Assembly (NCBI GenBank): GCA_012798745.1
Contig: JAAZMQ010000090.1
Location: 1-48,208, forward strand
Length of the DNA stretch: 48,208 nt
DNA from: Bacteroidales bacterium
GTDB taxonomy: Bacteria; Bacteroidota; Bacteroidia; Bacteroidales; Dysgonomonadaceae
Reading direction: 5' to 3'
The notes beneath the pieces are model-generated. The model was not told the origin of the DNA and made no database searches. It worked only from the letters and a program-made list of their open reading frames with translations. Every line of letters starts with the position of its first letter. Positions within the stretch are counted from its first letter, which is position 1. A program made the position numbers and the translations under genes. This document shows positions 39,824 to 48,208 of the stretch, piece by piece.

Positions 39824-42553
39824 TTAATACCAATCCATTCGGTGATAAGGAGAACTGTGTTGTTGGTATTTGAGATCTTTTAGTAGGGAAGAGTTTGCAC
39901 GAATAATAAAATTATACGACTGGTAAGGTCCTACCGGAATAAAACTGGCCGACATGCTCCAGCAGTGTAAGTTACGAGTTAACGTGCAGTTCATGTAAGA
40001 AAAGCGTTTTGTCTCAAAATTATAGTCGGTATTGAAAGTGAAATTCCAGTTTTGGGTGGGTTGAAGCGAACCACTCAATCCAAAATTGTGCGTTAATTTT
40101 CCTTTATACTCCATCTTTTTTTTATCGAATTCTCCATACCCGTAACGCAAAGAATAGTTGAACGAGAGATTCCAGTTTATTTTATTCTTTAAATATCCGT
40201 CACCATCATAATCTCCTGTATCTTGTCGGGATGTGTCGAATACGCTTTTCGTCACGCTTTCCTCTTCAAGACCCTCTTCAGCCATTTCAACGTTAGCAAG
40301 ATCTGTTTCGCTTTCTTTTTTCTGATCATCCTTCTCCCCAAACCATTTTTTGAAAGTATCTTGATTGAAAGAATAAGAGAACGATGTTCCAGTACTCATA
40401 AGTTTCCCAAATCCTTTTCCATGACCAATTCGAAGTTTGTCAACATGAACAGGGCGTCCATGAGAGTCCAGTTCATACAAATAAGGATCCCATGTGGCAC
40501 TTAAACTAAATGTTTGAGATTTGCTGAGTTTAAGTCGAAGACTTGTATTGATTGTGCTTAATTTGAGTGAGTCGGCCATCATATTGTAACTAAAACCAAT
40601 GCTCAGATCGTCTATAAGGCTCATCTTTCGAAAACCGGTGGAGTCGTTCTCGTCGCGAATTTTCATTTCGAGGTTATTTTTAAAACTGAATCCGATATTT
40701 CCGCTCTTCCCACTTGGAGCCGTTCCAAACATCATTCGTGAATAGGGAGAATAAATGTATTCCACATCATCTCCATATTCGTTTTTGTATGTATATTTTT
40801 CGTAAAAATTATAGCGCGATGCACTAAAATCAGGGGCATAGCTTAAACTGATGGATGGCGTAAAAACATGGCGAATGGCTTGTATTTTATTTCCGAAAAT
40901 TTTCCATGGTGTATACATTCCGTAAAGTTTGGTATTGAAACTGATGGAGGTGCTATAGTCATACACACGATTGAATCCGTAAACTGTATCGACTATTACA
41001 TTTCTTTTCTGAATAGTATCCCATGCTTCAACGTAGCGCGAGGTATACCATCTTTCGTTATAATTAATAGAAGGAGATATTTGGATATGATCAAAAACCG
41101 TAAAAGTAGCGCTAATGGGAACATTATGACGCATGCCGTTTGTCCAATCTTTGATGATGTTCGATTTAAGGAACAGATCTTCTTTGGTAGTGATTGAGTT
41201 TCTGAATTCTCCGGAGTAGCTCATCGATATTTTTTCATACCAACGCTCGGCTCCTACTGCTTTTTTTCGTTTAAATGGATAAACACGACTCATGTTGATC
41301 GAGAAATTGGGTAAAGTCACCGATATAGTGGAATCTCGCGATACTTGGTTAATATTCATTGCTGCCGACAAACTCCACGGTGAATTGGGGAAACGTTGCG
41401 TAATATTCACACTGGAACTTTTGGTGTTGTTTGTTGATTCTCGCGAATACAATTGAGTCATATCGTTTTTTTCGTATTTGCTGGTAGAAAAATTCACGCT
41501 TGCCGACAACGTGCGATACATATTTGCTTTTGGATCCTGAGAATGTGTCCAACTAACGCGGAAGTCTTTCGATACTGAATAATCGGGTAACCCTTTGTCC
41601 CCAAGAACAGTATTAAGGTAATAAAAATTGAAGTGTCCGGAAAATTTGTATCGCTTTCGGTAATTGGATTGTGCACCAATTCCCCACGTTCCTTTGGTGT
41701 ATATTTCTCCGGTGACAGCTAAATCCACATAATCGTTTATGGCAAAATAATATCCACCATTGTGAAGATAAAATCCGCGCTCCATTTCATCTCCATAGGA
41801 AGGCATAATGATCCCCGAAGAATAGGTTTTGGTAAAAGGGAAAAAAGCGAAGGGCAAGACAATCGGAAACAAGGGAACATCTGCCACAACCAACCATGCA
41901 GGTCCTGTGACGACATCTTTATCGGGCCGAACCTTTGCCTTTGACAAATTTAAATAGAAATGCGGATGCTCGTGCTCGTCGCAGGTCGTATATTTTGCAT
42001 TTCGCATGTAAAATGAGTTATCGGGATTTTTTTTCGCTTCATTGGCTACAATATATCCTTCTCCCTGTTGGGTTACAACATGATTTATGAATGCTTTGCC
42101 GCTTTTGAAGTTGTAACTCACTTTTTTCATTTCGTATTGAGTGCCGTTTTCTTCAAAAATGGGATATCCAAATTCTTTTCCGAGAGAATCTATTCCAAAT
42201 GTGGCAGAAATAACGCTACTGTCCAAATCCAATGTAATGTATTCGCCTTTGATGCTGATATTTCCGTATTTTACATCGGCATCACCATATAAATGAACGA
42301 TATTATCTTTCGTAAAAACCAAGGAATCGGTAGCTGTATAGTGAACCGGAGCATCAAGGGTTTCCTTTTTTACTTTTGTTGTGTCTGTTTTTATTGTATC
42401 TATCGGTGTGGTTACTGTATCTATCGGTGTGGTTGGTATGGAGTCGTTTTGCGATAACAAATTATTACTCTCCGTTTTCGTTTGAGCAAAAGGAGATTGA
42501 GAAAAAAAAGTAAATACCAGGAAAAAAAATATGCTTATTTCGAGATGTTTCAT
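39824..42553 (-). CDS. lptD: Putative LPS assembly protein LptD (Bacteroidetes type)
   Basis: Signal peptide; OstA-like N-terminal domain (LYG.A.VKY, YTTC...HPHF); beta-barrel region; RNLHCWSM near the C-terminus. Confidence 0.88.
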   Translation of the reverse strand: MKHLEISIFFFLVFTFFSQSPFAQTKTESNNLLSQNDSIPTTPIDTVTTPIDTIKTDTTKVKKETLDAPVHYTATDSLVFTKDNIVHLYGDADVKYGNISIKGEYITLDLDSSVISATFGIDSLGKEFGYPIFEENGTQYEMKKVSYNFKSGKAFINHVVTQQGEGYIVANEAKKNPDNSFYMRNAKYTTCDEHEHPHFYLNLSKAKVRPDKDVVTGPAWLVVADVPLFPIVLPFAFFPFTKTYSSGIIMPSYGDEMERGFYLHNGGYYFAINDYVDLAVTGEIYTKGTWGIGAQSNYRKRYKFSGHFNFYYLNTVLGDKGLPDYSVSKDFRVSWTHSQDPKANMYRTLSASVNFSTSKYEKNDMTQLYSRESTNNTKSSSVNITQRFPNSPWSLSAAMNINQVSRDSTISVTLPNFSINMSRVYPFKRKKAVGAERWYEKISMSYSGEFRNSITTKEDLFLKSNIIKDWTNGMRHNVPISATFTVFDHIQISPSINYNERWYTSRYVEAWDTIQKRNVIVDTVYGFNRVYDYSTSISFNTKLYGMYTPWKIFGNKIQAIRHVFTPSISLSYAPDFSASRYNFYEKYTYKNEYGDDVEYIYSPYSRMMFGTAPSGKSGNIGFSFKNNLEMKIRDENDSTGFRKMSLIDDLSIGFSYNMMADSLKLSTINTSLRLKLSKSQTFSLSATWDPYLYELDSHGRPVHVDKLRIGHGKGFGKLMSTGTSFSYSFNQDTFKKWFGEKDDQKKESETDLANVEMAEEGLEEESVTKSVFDTSRQDTGDYDGDGYLKNKINWNLSFNYSLRYGYGEFDKKKMEYKGKLTHNFGLSGSLQPTQNWNFTFNTDYNFETKRFSYMNCTLTRNLHCWSMSASFIPVGPYQSYNFIIRANSSLLKDLKYQQHSSPYHRMDWY
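42395..42434. repeat. In-frame 21-bp-period tandem duplication in lptD
   Basis: TGTATCTATCGGTGTGGTT at 42395-42413 and 42416-42434, encoding TTPIDT twice. Confidence 0.85.
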
Positions 42554-42616
42554 TCAAAAATAGCCTGGTAGCATGGATAAATTAGTTATTCTGGAACAAA
42601 AGTATAAAAATAAAAT

Positions 42617-43921
42617 TTAAGAGACATTGAATAAGGTTTTTTTAAACAAATTAAAATCGTTTGAAAGGAGATGAGATTGTTTTTTGCGACGCATAAAAGC
42701 GGATAGTCTGTCGGGGATTTCGATAGCTGATCCTATACATTCTTCTACGGTTTCTTTAAATTTGGCAGGATGTGCAGTAGCAAGGAAAACGCCTGTTTCA
42801 TCGGGTTTTTTTCCGTCTTTCAATGCCTGATATGCGCATGCTCCGTGAGGATCTAGTAAATAACCTGTTTTTTCATAAACAGTTCGTATGGTATTTTTGA
42901 TTTCTGCATCGGAATACGTATTTCCTGAAATATCTTGTTTTATAGCTTCGTGCGATTGATTATAAAGGTCGAGAATACGCTCAAAATTGCTTGGAGCCCC
43001 AACGTCCATAGCATTGGCGATGGTTTGAATTGATGTCCTAGGTTCGTAATTGCCGGTACTGAGGTATTGAAAAAATACATCGTTTCGATTATTGGCAGCA
43101 ATGAATCGTTTAATGGGTAATCCCATTTTTTTTGCAAATAAACCGGCAGCCAGATTTCCCAAATTACCACTTGGTACAGCGACGACTACATTGTCTTCAA
43201 GCTGTTGTTTAGCTAATTGGGCATAAGCATAAAAATAGTAAATGGATTGAGGAAGGAAGCGGGCAATATTAATGGAATTGGCCGAGGTCAGGTACATTTT
43301 TTTGTTGAGTTCTTCATCCACGAAAGCCGATTTAACCAGTGCCTGACAATCGTCGAATGTGCCGGCGATTTCCAATGCAACAATATTTTGCCCAAGAGTT
43401 GTGAATTGTGCTTCCTGAATCTCGCTTACTTTGCCCGACGGGTATAAAACAAACACCTGAATACCTTCCACGCCCAAAAAGCCGTTGGCAACCGCACTGC
43501 CCGTATCTCCGGATGTGGCAACCAATACTTTTACATTCTCATGATGCTGTTCTTGAACAAAATGGGACAACATGCGAGACATGAAACGTGCTCCGACGTC
43601 TTTAAAAGCGAATGTGGGTCCGTGAAAAAGTTCCAATACATAAATTTCTTCTTCTACTTTTTTGAGCGGAATATCGAAATTGAGCGCTTCGCTTACGATA
43701 GCATTCAATTTTTCTTTATCCATATCGTCGCCGAAGAATTTTTCGGCAACTATTTTTGCAATATCCGTTAAACTTAGATTCCCGATTTCGTTAAAAAATT
43801 CGGCAGGCAACCGGTTTATTTTTTCAGGCATATATAATCCCCTATCGGGTGCAAGTCCTTTTATTACGGCTTCCTGCAAAGAAGCATTGGGTGCCATGTG
43901 TCTTGTACTGTAGTATTTCAT
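42617..43921 (-). CDS. thrC: Threonine synthase
   Basis: ELFHGPTFAFKD (PLP Lys), ATSGDTG, NSINIAR, PSGNLGN and TAHPAKF. Confidence 0.97.
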   Translation of the reverse strand: MKYYSTRHMAPNASLQEAVIKGLAPDRGLYMPEKINRLPAEFFNEIGNLSLTDIAKIVAEKFFGDDMDKEKLNAIVSEALNFDIPLKKVEEEIYVLELFHGPTFAFKDVGARFMSRMLSHFVQEQHHENVKVLVATSGDTGSAVANGFLGVEGIQVFVLYPSGKVSEIQEAQFTTLGQNIVALEIAGTFDDCQALVKSAFVDEELNKKMYLTSANSINIARFLPQSIYYFYAYAQLAKQQLEDNVVVAVPSGNLGNLAAGLFAKKMGLPIKRFIAANNRNDVFFQYLSTGNYEPRTSIQTIANAMDVGAPSNFERILDLYNQSHEAIKQDISGNTYSDAEIKNTIRTVYEKTGYLLDPHGACAYQALKDGKKPDETGVFLATAHPAKFKETVEECIGSAIEIPDRLSAFMRRKKQSHLLSNDFNLFKKTLFNVS

Positions 43922-43925
43922 TTTG

Positions 43926-45137
43926 TTATTGTTCTGAAAATAATGTTTTTATGAATTCGTCGCCATGCAATAGTCCGTAGCTTCCCTCACGGGCTGCAAA
44001 TTCGTCATATGTTGCCACGTCGTCCGGGTTTATATATCGGTGATAGATCAGAAAGGGAACGGCTCCTCGAGTGTGAGTGCGTATAGCGCAAGGAGTTGGA
44101 TGGTCGGACAAAACGGCAATAGTAACCGGTTCATTCATTTTCTCGATCTCTTCATAAATGGGTTTCACGATTCGTAAATCCAGGTTTTCTATTGTTTTTA
44201 TTTTCAATGGCACATTACCTTCGTGTCCTGCTTCGTCGCTTGCTTCAACATGAAGATAAACGAAATCTTTTTCTTTCAAAGCTTTTATTGCGGCTTGGGC
44301 TTTGCCCTCGTAATTGGTGTTATACAATCCTGTTGCGCCTGCCACCATGATAATTTCGAGTCCGGCATATACACCAATTCCACGAATCAGGTCTACAGCT
44401 GAGATAACCGCTCCGTTTTTTATCGGGACCCTATCTTTTAAAGGTTTCATTGCAGGTCTGTATCCGGGAGACCAAGGCCAGATGCTGTTGGCAGGATCTT
44501 TTCCTTCGGCTTTGCGTTTACGGTTGATGGGGTGGTCTGCTAAAAGCTCTTGCGAGGCAAGGATGAGATCGTTAAGTCGACTTGCTGTTGCTTTCGATGA
44601 TGCATCGATAGGTTTGACCAGTGAAAGATGAAACGGTTGTTCCGGGATATCATGTGGGGGCGTGCACATGATATTTTTATTGCCGCCTTTCATCTTTAAT
44701 AAATGCCGGTAAGAGACTCCGGGATAAAAGCCGATGGTTTCGTCTCCCAGTTTCTCATTAAGAAAAGCGATAAGTTCTTTTGCTTCGGTAGTTGAAATAT
44801 GTCCGGCCGAATGGTTTTTTAGTAATTCTCCTTCTATATATACCAGATTGCAGCGCATAACCATCTCACCGGGTTGAATGTCGACCCCCATGCTGGCTGC
44901 TTCCAAGACACCCCTTCCTTCATATACTTCTGAAATATCGTATCCCAGTACCGATAAATTTGCAATTTCACTTCCGGGTGAAAATCCTTCAGGAATAGTG
45001 TTTAGCAATCCATTACGGCCTTTGGCTGCGAGCAGATCCATATATGGAGTATGAGCAACTTGCAACGGCGTTTTATTTCCTAGTTGTTCAATGGGTTCGT
45101 CTGCCATTCCGTCGCCAAGTATAATAATGTATTTCAT
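43926..45137 (-). CDS. ApgM-like cofactor-independent phosphoglycerate-mutase-family protein, probable alternative homoserine kinase
   Basis: GDGMAD, PGSEIAN (phospho-Ser), EASDEAGH and SDH; sits between thrA and thrC, where thrB would be. Start is ATG 45137 or 45143. Confidence 0.85.
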   Translation of the reverse strand: MKYIIILGDGMADEPIEQLGNKTPLQVAHTPYMDLLAAKGRNGLLNTIPEGFSPGSEIANLSVLGYDISEVYEGRGVLEAASMGVDIQPGEMVMRCNLVYIEGELLKNHSAGHISTTEAKELIAFLNEKLGDETIGFYPGVSYRHLLKMKGGNKNIMCTPPHDIPEQPFHLSLVKPIDASSKATASRLNDLILASQELLADHPINRKRKAEGKDPANSIWPWSPGYRPAMKPLKDRVPIKNGAVISAVDLIRGIGVYAGLEIIMVAGATGLYNTNYEGKAQAAIKALKEKDFVYLHVEASDEAGHEGNVPLKIKTIENLDLRIVKPIYEEIEKMNEPVTIAVLSDHPTPCAIRTHTRGAVPFLIYHRYINPDDVATYDEFAAREGSYGLLHGDEFIKTLFSEQ

Positions 45138-45149
45138 AAGCAAAAATAG

Positions 45150-47594
45150 TTACCGGATATTTGCAATGGAAATGATATCCGAAAAAACACCTGCTGCTGT
45201 AACGTTTGCACCGGCACCGTACCCTTTTATTACCATTGGGTATTCGTTATAGCGTTCTGTTGTAATCATAATGATATTATTACTCCCTTCCAAATCGTAA
45301 AAGGGATGACCTTGTTCTACTTCGCGCAGCCCCACTTCACATTGTCCGTTTTCGTAAACAGCTACAAAACGAAGTTTTTTGCCTTCTTTTTCGAGTTTTT
45401 TTCTTCGAATTTCAAAAGCTTCATCCATTTGAGGAATATTTTCCCAGAATTCTTCCAAAGTTCCCTCGAAATATTTTTGAGGGATAAATAATTCTTTTTT
45501 TACATCACTTTGTTCCACCTTAGCTCCTGCTTCGCGTGAGAGGATTACCAGTTTACGAATCACATCGAGCCCACTCAAATCAATTCGCGGGTCGGGTTCG
45601 GCATAGTGAGCCTCTACTGCCATGCGGATGGCTTTGCTGAAAGGAATATCCTTGCTTAGTGTGTTAAAGATAAAATTCAGTGTACCTGAAAGCACGGCTT
45701 CCAGTTTTATGATTTTATCGCCCGAATTGATAAGCGAATTCATTGTGTTGATAATGGGAAGTCCCGCACCGACATTTGTTTCGAAAAGAAATTTTACACC
45801 TGCTTTTCGTGCAGTCTCTTTCAGACGTCGATACGTTTCGTACGAGGACGAAGTGGCAATTTTGTTTGCTGTGACTACCGAAATATTTTTCGACATTAAT
45901 TCTTCGTATAGGTCTGAAATCTCTTTGCTTGCAGTACAGTCCACAAAAACAGCATTAAAGATATTCATTTTTAGTATTTCGTTCCGAACGATAGCCGGTG
46001 AGCTTTTTATACCGTTTGTTGCCAGTTCTTTTTGGTAATTTTCGAGCGATATACCCTCTCTGTTGAACAAGGCTTTGCGACTATTAGCTATACCTACAAT
46101 ATTGATTCGCAGTTTGTTTTGCTCTTCAAGGGTATGTTTTTGTTGTTGTATTTGGGCAAGCAGTTTATTCCCCACTGTACCTGTTCCAACAACGAATAAA
46201 TTAAGTTCTTGATAAGGCGAAAGAAAGAATGAATCGTGAATTACATTCAATGCTTTTTTCAGGTCGTTTTTTGAAATTACGCATGAAATATTGGTTTCCG
46301 ATGCTCCTTGTGCCAAAGCCACTACACTGATACCGCTTCGGCCTAATGTGCCGAAAAATTTTCCTGCTATTCCGGGTACATGTTTCATGTTTTGGCCTAC
46401 TATAGCTATAGTGGAAAGATTATACTCAACGGTAATTTCATTGATACTTCCCATTGCAATTTCTTGGGCAAATTCTTTGTTCAATACTTTTTGTGCCAGA
46501 GCTGCGTCTTGTGTACGAACGCCAATTGAGGTACTGCTTTCCGACGATGCTTGCGAGACAAGAAAAACACTTATTCCGCTATTTGCCAATGCCGAAAAAA
46601 TACGTTTATTTACACCGATTACACCCACCATGCCTAATCCCTGAATAGTAATGAGTGCTGTATCTTGAATTGACGAAATGCCTTTGATGATTTTTCCGTT
46701 GCTTTGCGGCTTTATATTACGGATGAGCGTTCCCCCCGCTTGAGGATTAAATGTATTTTTTATGCGGATGGGAATATTTTTGTGGTAAACCGGGAAAATT
46801 GTAGGTGGGTAAATCACTTTTGCTCCAAAATTAGATAATTCAATAGCTTCGATGAACGAGAGTTCATCAATTACATATGCTGAGTTGATTATTTTAGGAT
46901 CGGCAGTCATAAAACCATCGACATCTGTCCATATCTCAAGAACCGAAGCATTCATAGCTGCAGCTATAAGTGCCGCTGTATAATCCGATCCGCCACGCCC
47001 AAGATTGGTAATGTCGTTTTCTTCACTACTTGATGAAATGAAGCCGGGTACCAGCATTACTTTAGGAAGGGGGGATTCGGAAAACGTTTTTTTAATAAGT
47101 TCGTAACAAAGCGGGATGTCGGGGATATGGCTGTTGAACTGGATTGACGTTTTGATAAATTGTGTTGGATCGTAAAGTTTCGCGTCGTTAATTATTTTAC
47201 TGATGATAAGCGAAGATAATCGTTCGCCATAGCTTACGATTTTATCGGAAGTTTTTTGTGACAGATCGCCAATGAGAAACACGCCGCGTAAAATGTTTCG
47301 CAAATCCTCGTAGAGGATCTGTATTTTTTGCTTTATTTCTTCTTTTTCTTGACGTGAGGTAATTGTTTGCTCAATTAATTCTTCGTGCATGAGAATGACT
47401 TCTTCCAAAATGGTTTTATAACCTGCATTTGATTTAACAGCAAAATCGGCTGCAAGTAAAAGTCTGTCGGTAACTCCAGCCAGTGCCGATACAACAACAA
47501 TTACGGGATCTTTTTCCGATTCGATAATGGTTTTTACTATCTTTAAACCTTCAGGGGTTCCTACGGAAGTCCCACCAAATTTCATAACTTTCAT
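45150..47594 (-). CDS. thrA: Bifunctional aspartokinase/homoserine dehydrogenase I
   Basis: MKFGGTS, LGRGGSD, WTDVDG, two ACT domains, GTGTVG, ETNVGAGLP, EPDPR.DLSG and GAGA.VTA. Confidence 0.98.
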   Translation of the reverse strand: MKVMKFGGTSVGTPEGLKIVKTIIESEKDPVIVVVSALAGVTDRLLLAADFAVKSNAGYKTILEEVILMHEELIEQTITSRQEKEEIKQKIQILYEDLRNILRGVFLIGDLSQKTSDKIVSYGERLSSLIISKIINDAKLYDPTQFIKTSIQFNSHIPDIPLCYELIKKTFSESPLPKVMLVPGFISSSSEENDITNLGRGGSDYTAALIAAAMNASVLEIWTDVDGFMTADPKIINSAYVIDELSFIEAIELSNFGAKVIYPPTIFPVYHKNIPIRIKNTFNPQAGGTLIRNIKPQSNGKIIKGISSIQDTALITIQGLGMVGVIGVNKRIFSALANSGISVFLVSQASSESSTSIGVRTQDAALAQKVLNKEFAQEIAMGSINEITVEYNLSTIAIVGQNMKHVPGIAGKFFGTLGRSGISVVALAQGASETNISCVISKNDLKKALNVIHDSFFLSPYQELNLFVVGTGTVGNKLLAQIQQQKHTLEEQNKLRINIVGIANSRKALFNREGISLENYQKELATNGIKSSPAIVRNEILKMNIFNAVFVDCTASKEISDLYEELMSKNISVVTANKIATSSSYETYRRLKETARKAGVKFLFETNVGAGLPIINTMNSLINSGDKIIKLEAVLSGTLNFIFNTLSKDIPFSKAIRMAVEAHYAEPDPRIDLSGLDVIRKLVILSREAGAKVEQSDVKKELFIPQKYFEGTLEEFWENIPQMDEAFEIRRKKLEKEGKKLRFVAVYENGQCEVGLREVEQGHPFYDLEGSNNIIMITTERYNEYPMVIKGYGAGANVTAAGVFSDIISIANIR

Positions 47595-47721
47595 ATTATG
47601 AACAATTAATCCGTTTTTGGTTTTAACGGCGATTAAATATTAAAAAAGAAATGGATGTTTTTGAAAGCGAGAACCGAATGGTTCGTGAAAACAAGAAAAT
47701 TGTTTGCGGAATAATAAGATA

Positions 47722-47799
47722 TCAGATAACCCCCCAAGGGGTCATTGTAATTGTTGTAGAAGAAATGTTTTGAACGTATGTTGAATATAGGTTATTCAT
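47722..47799 (-). CDS. Putative thr operon leader peptide MNNLYSTYVQNISSTTITMTPWGVI (25 aa)
   Basis: ATG 47799 to TGA 47722, with the codon run ACA ACA ATT ACA ATG ACC. It lies just downstream of a -7 element and 127 nt upstream of thrA. Confidence 0.75.
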   Translation of the reverse strand: MNNLYSTYVQNISSTTITMTPWGVI

Positions 47800-47820
47800 C
47801 GTAAACGTATAAATTTATTG

Positions 47821-47828
47821 CAAAGATA
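47821..47828 (-). promoter_or_regulatory. -7 element of the thr leader/operon promoter
   Basis: TATCTTTG on -; a second candidate, TATATTTG, is on - at 47889-47882. Confidence 0.65.
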
Positions 47829-47925
47829 GGTTTTTATCGGATAATAAGAAATTAAAAGTGAAAAAATTTGATTACAACTTGCAAATATATTTTTGTTTGA
47901 AAGAAACTTGGGTTTTAAAACAAAA

Positions 47926-48019
47926 AACCGCCGTTTACGAGAACCATGCGTATGGCGGTGTGAGAGGTCGGGGATATGAAAAGTAGGAGGAAAATCATTT
48001 TATTTTCCTCCTACTTGAT
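47926..48019 (+). mobile_element. 5'-truncated group II (class C-like) intron remnant: domains 5 and 6 only
   Basis: AACCGCCGTTTACGAGAACCATGCGTATGGCGGTGTGAGAGG resembles class C D5 (CGC triad, ACCGCCGT/ATGGCGGT stem, GTGAGAGG linker). It ends CTCCTACTTGAT, like the class C 3' end CTACTCGAT. No RT ORF or D1-D4 lies upstream. Confidence 0.8.
47979..48016 (-). terminator. Hairpin in intron D6 that likely terminates tsf
   Basis: Perfect 15-bp stem AAGTAGGAGGAAAAT / ATTTTCCTCCTACTT, 28 nt after the tsf stop. On - the stem ends in TTTT. Confidence 0.55.
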
Positions 48020-48044
48020 TTTTTATATATAATCGAAAAAAGAA

Positions 48045-48208
48045 TTAATCATTCAACGAAACGCGCTTAAAATCAACAACCTCCAAATCTTTATCGTGTT
48101 GTTTTAGAAATTCGCCAACAGTTAATTTGTTATCTTTTATATATTCTTGTTGTAACAAAGTAACTTCTTTGTAGAATTTCTTTAGAGCGCCTTCAGCTAT
48201 TCTATCCA
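48045..48208 (-). CDS. tsf: Elongation factor Ts, C-terminal part (runs off the window end)
   Basis: Not in the ORF track. Manual translation DRIAEGALKKFYKEVTLLQQEYIKDNKLTVGEFLKQHDKDLEVVDFKRVSLND* matches the EF-Ts C-terminus. Confidence 0.92.
   Translation of the reverse strand, partial: DRIAEGALKKFYKEVTLLQQEYIKDNKLTVGEFLKQHDKDLEVVDFKRVSLND

Noticed and set aside
1-48208. CRISPR array, prophage, IS transposase, defence or toxin systems, invertible promoter; also the many short antisense or alternate-frame ORFs in the track
   Set aside because: No regularly spaced repeats, recombinases or such genes were seen. The short ORFs lie inside well-supported genes and carry no motifs.

Overview
A core-chromosome segment of a Bacteroidales bacterium. 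The taxon is inferred from protein style, gene order and the many TAnnTTTG -7 promoter elements. It holds about 39 housekeeping CDS. These include ileS (partial), aspC, mltG, ribF, rsfS-ftsH, sod, adk-obgE-pgeF, radA, rnhB, amiA-mlaD-dnaA, rpe-comEC, nrnA-DUF4827-glmM, a sigma54 activator-lptE-TPR-secG cluster, nadB-folP-cdaA-recF-DUF721, rpsO, rarA, lptD, thrA-apgM-thrC and tsf (partial). tRNA-Ser(GCT) and tRNA-Cys(GCA) are also present. I see no prophage, integrase, transposase, CRISPR array or defence island, and I cannot support a new multi-gene system. The best leads are non-coding and absent from the ORF track: (1) a ~90-nt candidate sRNA with its own promoter and terminator between rpsO and rarA; (2) a 25-aa Thr/Ile/Met-rich leader peptide before thrA that lacks a classical terminator; (3) a 5'-truncated group IIC intron D5-D6 remnant that may now terminate tsf; (4) a ~690-bp repeat- and palindrome-rich spacer between amiA and mlaD; (5) an (AT)9 tract in the adk-obgE 5' UTR. 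All family assignments come from motif recognition by eye, not database searches.
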